From contig NC_017459.1 of NCBI RefSeq assembly GCF_000237865.1, positions 3,090,001-3,122,000 of the forward strand: 32,000 nt of DNA. The letters are read 5' to 3'. The position numbers were made by a program, and so were the translations under genes. The notes under the pieces were generated by a model. That model saw only the letters and a list, made by a program, of their open reading frames with translations. It was not told the DNA's origin and made no database searches. The DNA is from Haloquadratum walsbyi C23. GTDB taxonomy: Archaea > Halobacteriota > Halobacteria > Halobacteriales > Haloferacaceae. Positions 27,338 through 32,000 of the stretch are shown piece by piece. The stretch's first letter is position 1; the number at the start of each line of letters is the position of its first letter.

Positions 27338-28531
27338 ATGACACGTGTGGCACTCGCATTTTCTGGCGGGCTCGACACGACAGTATGTGTTTCACTGCTC
27401 AAGGAAGAATACGGGTACGATGAGGTAATCGGCGTCACTGTCGATGTTGGTCAGCCAGCAACCGAGTTTGAAGAGGCACAAGCGACCGCCGACGCGCATG
27501 GTATTGATCTGCATGTTGTCGACGCAACAGCCGAGTTTGTTGATCTATGCTTTGATTCTGTCCGGGCAAATGCAACGTATCAAGGATATCCTCTTGGGAC
27601 AGCACTGGCTCGTCCGATAATCGCAGAATCGATCGTATCCGTTGCTAAGGCTGAGAATTGCGATGCACTCGCACACGGCTGTACGGGGAAAGGGAATGAT
27701 CAACTTCGTTTCGAGGCTGTGTGGCGAAATTCAGATCTTACCGTTATCGCTCCGATTCGTGAACTTGAGTTGACACGGGAATGGGAACAAGAGTATGCTG
27801 CTGAACATAATCTTCCGGTTCAAGCTGGAAATGATGGTGTTTGGTCGATTGATACGAATCTGTGGAGTCGCTCAATTGAGGGTGGGAAGCTTGAGGATCC
27901 GAACTATACCCCACCTGAGGACGTCTATGAATGGACAGCTGATCCAGCAACTACCACTGAGACCGAACTCATCACCATTGGGTTTGAATCGGGATATCCA
28001 GTGAGCATCAACGATAACGCGTACGACCCTGTCGAACTCGTTGAGACGCTTAATGAGGTTGCAGGAGAGCATGGTGTCGGGCGAACAGATATGATGGAAG
28101 ATCGTATGCTCGGGTTGAAAGTGCGCGAAAATTATGAACATCCCGCTGCGACAACATTATTAAACGCTCATAAAGCCCTTGAAGGGCTTGTTCTCACGAA
28201 GGATGAGCGAGATTTCAAGCGTCATATCGACAGTGAGTGGGCACAGAAGGGATATGAGGGGCTTGTCGATCATCCACTAATGGGTGCGTTGGAAGGATTC
28301 ATCGATGCAACACAACAGCGAGTAACCGGAACGGTCACAATCAAATTTGAGGGTGGGCAAGCACGCCCAGTCGGTCGTGAATCTGCCGCTGCCGCATATT
28401 CTGCGGACGCCGCATCATTCAATACAAGTTCGATTGGCGAGATAACGCAACAGGATGCAACAGGTATCGCAAAGTATCATGGATACCAGGGTCGCATTGC
28501 GAATGCAGCTACTGAAACTGATACAAAATAA
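27338..28531 (+). CDS. argG: Argininosuccinate synthase
   Basis: 'RVALAFSGGLDTTV', 'AHGCTGKGNDQLRFE' and 'DTNLWSRSIEGG' are canonical ArgG motifs. Confidence 0.97.
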   Translation: MTRVALAFSGGLDTTVCVSLLKEEYGYDEVIGVTVDVGQPATEFEEAQATADAHGIDLHVVDATAEFVDLCFDSVRANATYQGYPLGTALARPIIAESIVSVAKAENCDALAHGCTGKGNDQLRFEAVWRNSDLTVIAPIRELELTREWEQEYAAEHNLPVQAGNDGVWSIDTNLWSRSIEGGKLEDPNYTPPEDVYEWTADPATTTETELITIGFESGYPVSINDNAYDPVELVETLNEVAGEHGVGRTDMMEDRMLGLKVRENYEHPAATTLLNAHKALEGLVLTKDERDFKRHIDSEWAQKGYEGLVDHPLMGALEGFIDATQQRVTGTVTIKFEGGQARPVGRESAAAAYSADAASFNTSSIGEITQQDATGIAKYHGYQGRIANAATETDTK

Positions 28532-28537
28532 CTAATC

Positions 28538-30046
28538 ATGAGTGAGGAGAACCCGGCGAATGCTGTCAACGATACCAACGAAACAGATCCATCAGATAAT
28601 ATAGGTGTCGTCCGACGTGAGCGATTTAGCGGTGGTCCAGCTCGTGGGTTCCTCTCAAGTCTTGCTGCCGACGAGCGAATTTTTGCAGCCGATATTGCTG
28701 TTGACCGTGCGCATGTTGTCATGTTGATTGAACAGGATATCATCGACGCGGCAACTGGGGAGTCAATACTCACTGCGCTTGACTCAGTTGAGACCGCAGG
28801 TCATGATGAGCTTCCAGACGGTGAAGATGTTCATGAGGCGATTGAAACAGCGGTCATCGACCGTGTCGGTCCAGCAGGCGGGAAGATGCATACTGCACGA
28901 AGCCGAAACGATGAGGTTGCAACATGTATTCGATATCGACTTCGATCGGATTTGCTTCAGGCAATCGATGCAACATTAGAGTTAGAGAAGATACTGCTTG
29001 AGGCTGGAAAGGCTTATACAGAGACCATAATGCCCGGATATACACATCTTCAGCCGGCACAGCCAATCACTGTCGGACACTGGTTATGTTCATATGCGGC
29101 TGGAATAGAGCGCGACACTGCCCGGTTACTTGATGCATATGACCGTGTGAATACATCACCGCTTGGTGCTGCTGCATTCGCTGGGACGCCATTCGAGATT
29201 GATCGTGAGCGAACAGCGACCCTGTTGGGATTCGATGATGTACTTGAGAATACGATAGATGCTGTCGCTGCTCGAGATAGTTTGATAGAGACTCTCAGCG
29301 CACTTGCAGCGCACGCGATAACACTGTCTGGGATGGCTGAGGATCTCATAATATTCGCTAATAAAGGATATGTGAAGCTTGCAGATCAATACGCCTCGAC
29401 ATCCTCAATTATGCCACAAAAAGTCAATCCAGATACACTTGAACTCGTGAGGGCGGTCGCTGGGGATGTCACAGGGGAGTTGACTGGACTGTTGACAACA
29501 TTGAAAGGACTCCCGCGGGCGTACAATCGGGATCTTCAACGTGCAACGCCGCACGTTTGGGGAGCAATTGACGATACCACCGAAACAACAGCAATCGTTG
29601 GTGGAGCAATCAAAACAGCACAGTGGGCTGATGAAGCACTTGAATCGGCTGCTGGGGATGGATTCTCGACAGCAACAGGCATTGCAGATGCACTTGCAAT
29701 GGCGGGGATTCCATTTCGAACCGCACATGAGGTCCTTGCAGTTGCAACCGACCGTGCAGGTAATGAAACACCAACAGTTGAGACGTTGAACCATGCCGCC
29801 GAAGACATTCTTGGAGAGTCGCTATTCACGTATGTTGATCAGGACACAATTATTGATATCCTCGATCCCGTCATGAACGTCAGTACTCGAGACTCTCGCG
29901 GAGGACCAGCGACAACGGCTGTCACTGCAACAATCGAAATGTATGAAAATAATCACACTACACAGACAACCGCGCATGAGACGCGTCGCAATAAAATCAC
30001 CAGTGCTAATGCATTATTAGACCAGGAGGTACAGGAATATGTCTAG
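28538..30046 (+). CDS. argH: Argininosuccinate lyase
   Basis: 'HTARSRNDEV', 'MPGYTHLQPAQPIT' and 'TSSIMPQKVNPD' (fumarate-lyase signature). It starts 6 nt after argG. Both termini carry Thr/Asn/Asp-rich extensions. Confidence 0.96.
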   Translation: MSEENPANAVNDTNETDPSDNIGVVRRERFSGGPARGFLSSLAADERIFAADIAVDRAHVVMLIEQDIIDAATGESILTALDSVETAGHDELPDGEDVHEAIETAVIDRVGPAGGKMHTARSRNDEVATCIRYRLRSDLLQAIDATLELEKILLEAGKAYTETIMPGYTHLQPAQPITVGHWLCSYAAGIERDTARLLDAYDRVNTSPLGAAAFAGTPFEIDRERTATLLGFDDVLENTIDAVAARDSLIETLSALAAHAITLSGMAEDLIIFANKGYVKLADQYASTSSIMPQKVNPDTLELVRAVAGDVTGELTGLLTTLKGLPRAYNRDLQRATPHVWGAIDDTTETTAIVGGAIKTAQWADEALESAAGDGFSTATGIADALAMAGIPFRTAHEVLAVATDRAGNETPTVETLNHAAEDILGESLFTYVDQDTIIDILDPVMNVSTRDSRGGPATTAVTATIEMYENNHTTQTTAHETRRNKITSANALLDQEVQEYV

Positions 30047-30234
30047 TTGCTTCCCTCAATATCACCGGGGGACCCCACTCGATGTGACAGATGACCCACC
30101 GGGATTACGACGTCCCCAGTTGGGGACACATAATATATGAAATTTGATATTGATTCTGAATAAGTCGTCTGAGCGCCCGTATGCCATCATTAGTCACCTC
30201 TGCAGTATTGTAAATTATCCTACAATTTCGATGG

Positions 30235-30241
30235 GTTTAAG
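30235..30241 (+). promoter_or_regulatory. TATA-like box (GTTTAAG) about 28 nt upstream of the lysW ATG
   Basis: Read directly. It suggests lysW-lysX-argC has its own promoter, separate from argGH. Confidence 0.35.
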
Positions 30242-30265
30242 TCTCCTCCTCGCAGAATATTAGCT

Positions 30266-30445
30266 ATGGTAGAAACCATTATGGGAGAAGATCCGCTCAC
30301 GGGAGAGGAGATTGAAATCCCAGCTAATGTAGAGGTTGGAGAAATCGTTGATAGTCCTGCAACAGGGGCCGAGCTTGAAATTGTTGCCACCGATCCATTG
30401 ACACTTGAAGAGGCTCCAGAGCTCGAAGAGGATTGGGGCGAGTGA
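30266..30445 (+). CDS. lysW: Amino-group carrier protein LysW/ArgW (cysteine-free variant)
   Basis: Not in the ORF track (<60 aa). Hand translation: MVETIMGEDPLTGEEIEIPANVEVGEIVDSPATGAELEIVATDPLTLEEAPELEEDWGE*. The C-terminal EDWGE is the hallmark of LysW carriers. It sits immediately (1-nt gap) upstream of the RimK-type ligase LysX. ATG 30281 is an alternative start. Confidence 0.85.
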   Translation: MVETIMGEDPLTGEEIEIPANVEVGEIVDSPATGAELEIVATDPLTLEEAPELEEDWGE

Positions 30446-30446
30446 G

Positions 30447-31346
30447 ATGAACGTCGGGCTGCTTTACTCTCGGATTCGGCAGGATGAGAAGCTTCTGCTG
30501 TCTGAGTTGCGGAGTCGTGGACACACCATCACGAAAATCGATATCCGAGATGAGCAGTTCGATATCGCCAACCCACCAGCAGCGTTTACACAGGTTGACG
30601 TCGTTCTTGATCGATGTTTGGCAACGAGCCGAAGTTACTACATAACGCAATTTCTGGAAGCATATGGCATACCCATCATTAATGACGCCACAACAGCGGA
30701 TGTATGTGCGGATAAAGTAAAAAACAGTCTTGCATTACAATCTGCAGAAGTCCCGACACCACGGACGGAGGTGGCATTCACCACCGACAGTGCAATGGAG
30801 TCAATTGAGCGATTTGGCTACCCTTGTATTTTAAAACCAGTCGTTGGCTCTTGGGGGCGGCTAATGGCAAAGATCGATTCAGCATCTGCCGCAGAGGCTA
30901 TTCTTGAGCATAAGTCGACGCTTGGGCATTATGAACATAAAGTGTTCTATATCCAGGAGTTCGTCTCAAAGCCTGGTCGGGATATTCGTGTGCTTGCTGC
31001 TGACGGTGAGCCAATCGCTGCAATGACACGAACCGCAGACCACTGGTTGACAAACGCCGCAAAAGGAGCAGAGACAGCTCCCTTTAGTCTTGATGACAGA
31101 GCTCGTGAATTGGTCGCAGACGCATCAAAAGCCGTTGGAGGCGGGCTTCTTGGAATTGATTTGATGGAAACTGGTGGTGGTGATTATACCGTCCATGAGA
31201 TCAATCACACTGTTGAATTCAAAGCGCTCAACGACGCTGTGAGTACTGATGTGCCGGGAGAGGTCATTGATTGGCTGGAGATGACTATTGACGCGCTAAG
31301 TGATAGCAATGGCAACGAGATAATCACCGATGCAGAGACAACATGA
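30447..31346 (+). CDS. lysX: LysW-glutamate/aminoadipate ligase, RimK-type ATP-grasp (LysX/ArgX)
   Basis: 'MNVGLLYSRIRQDEKLL', 'GYPCILKPVVGSWGR', 'FYIQEFV..PGRDIRV' and 'GIDLME..YTVHEINHTVEF' form an ATP-grasp core. I set the start at ATG 30447 rather than the track's 30405. Confidence 0.9.
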   Translation: MNVGLLYSRIRQDEKLLLSELRSRGHTITKIDIRDEQFDIANPPAAFTQVDVVLDRCLATSRSYYITQFLEAYGIPIINDATTADVCADKVKNSLALQSAEVPTPRTEVAFTTDSAMESIERFGYPCILKPVVGSWGRLMAKIDSASAAEAILEHKSTLGHYEHKVFYIQEFVSKPGRDIRVLAADGEPIAAMTRTADHWLTNAAKGAETAPFSLDDRARELVADASKAVGGGLLGIDLMETGGGDYTVHEINHTVEFKALNDAVSTDVPGEVIDWLEMTIDALSDSNGNEIITDAETT

Positions 31347-31360
31347 GCATGAGCATGAGC
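31343..31360. repeat. Hexanucleotide repeat (ATGAGC)x3 at the lysX stop / argC start
   Basis: Read directly: atgagc atgagc atgagc, then the degenerate aagagc aaagc. Confidence 0.9.
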
Positions 31361-32000
31361 AAGAGCAAAGCACACATGAATAAATACACTGCATCTGTTG
31401 TTGGTGGGTCTGGATTTACTGGGGGAGAATTACTCCGATTGCTCACGCAACATCCGTATTTTGAGGTAGTTCAGGCGACGAGTAGATCGAAGACTCATAA
31501 AACTATTGGGAATGTCCATCCTAATCTTCGCTCGGTTGACCTTCGTTTTACAGATCCAAGCGAGCTTGAGTCGGTTGATATACTCTTTGCGGCGACACCG
31601 CATGGAGTCTCAATGCAACAGATTGAGTCATTTACTGCAGCCGCTGATACCGTTGTAGATTTATCTGCGGATTTTCGGTTGAATTCAGCTGAGCAGTATG
31701 ATGAGTGGTATGATGGACATGCCTGTCCAGAGTATCTTGAAGATGCAGAGTACGCCCTTCCAGAGATCAATCGGTCGAATCTCGTTGGTGCATCGTTGAT
31801 TGCATCCGGTGGATGTAATGCAACAGCAACAATCCTTGGATTGAAGCCACTCTTTGATGCGGATATTCTCACTGGCGACGAGCAGGTCGTTGTTGATCTA
31901 AAGGTCGGCTCCTCAGAGGGTGGAGCTGGTGGCGGAGATGCCTCAAGCCATCCGGAGCGATCAGGGGTTGTCCGACCATATGCGCCGACAGGGCATCGTC
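31343..32000 (+). CDS. argC: N-acetyl-gamma-glutamyl-phosphate / LysW-glutamyl-phosphate reductase (ArgC/LysY), 3'-truncated by the window end
   Basis: Not in the ORF track (no stop within the window). Hand translation: MSMSMSKSKAHMNKYTASVVGGSGFTGGELLRLLTQHPYFEVVQATSRS..GGCNATATILGLKPL.. This shows a Rossmann GxGxxG and the catalytic Cys motif. The start is either ATG 31343 (ATGA overlap with lysX) or ATG 31376 (MNKYTASVVGG). Confidence 0.9.
   Translation, partial: MSMSMSKSKAHMNKYTASVVGGSGFTGGELLRLLTQHPYFEVVQATSRSKTHKTIGNVHPNLRSVDLRFTDPSELESVDILFAATPHGVSMQQIESFTAAADTVVDLSADFRLNSAEQYDEWYDGHACPEYLEDAEYALPEINRSNLVGASLIASGGCNATATILGLKPLFDADILTGDEQVVVDLKVGSSEGGAGGGDASSHPERSGVVRPYAPTGHR

Noticed and set aside
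31495-31872. 125-aa minus-strand ORF
   Set aside because: It is antisense to the clearly recognisable argC/lysY reading frame.
1-32000. Search for tRNA/rRNA genes, CRISPR arrays, transposases/integrases, and toxin-antitoxin or defence operons
   Set aside because: No T-loop-like GGTTCGAATCC/GGTTCAAATCC elements occur outside coding regions. There are no regularly spaced repeats and no ORFs with recombinase, nuclease-helicase or other defence-type motifs. Every large ORF has an ordinary housekeeping assignment.

Overview
This window reads as a core chromosomal segment of a haloarchaeon. The predicted proteins are strongly acidic, genes are separated by unusually long AT-rich spacers, and GC looks only moderate (judged by eye, not computed). 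That combination is best known from Haloquadratum walsbyi, but this assignment is an unverified inference. I can support 30 protein-coding loci. One is a pseudogene, and three are absent from the ORF track: two fall below its length cutoff and one runs off the window end. In order they are: rlmE (TRAM-fused), pcn, a conserved 203-aa Zn-finger protein divergent from priL, priL, a small membrane protein, hjc, a decayed DoxX gene, an FKBP PPIase, a 55-aa small protein, uvrC, an ABC-2 ATPase/permease pair, a bacterial-type NAD-dependent DNA ligase, metY-metX, an MFS transporter, a RecJ-like DHH nuclease, a small ORF plus PiT phosphate transporter, a CNNM/CorB protein, grx plus a Cys-less peroxiredoxin-like protein plus tsaC, glyS, a dolichol-kinase-like protein, and the arginine cluster argG-argH / lysW-lysX-argC (argC runs off the window end). 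Most ATG starts sit 25-30 nt downstream of a TATA-like box, which fits leaderless haloarchaeal transcripts. Several gene pairs overlap by ATGA or TGATG. I found no rRNA, tRNA, CRISPR array, transposase/integrase or recognisable defence system, and I see no evidence for a large novel multi-gene system. The region is mostly housekeeping. The observations most worth follow-up are: (1) a micro-ORF ending in five consecutive Arg codons plus a hairpin and T5 tract just upstream of the arginine operon; (2) the uncharacterised Zn-finger protein between pcn and priL; (3) a translationally coupled glutaredoxin and Cys-less Prx-like pair; (4) a DoxX gene interrupted only by two in-frame TGA codons; (5) a cysteine-free LysW carrier; and (6) a recurring TATATCATAC decamer, including two orphan copies that could drive antisense RNAs.
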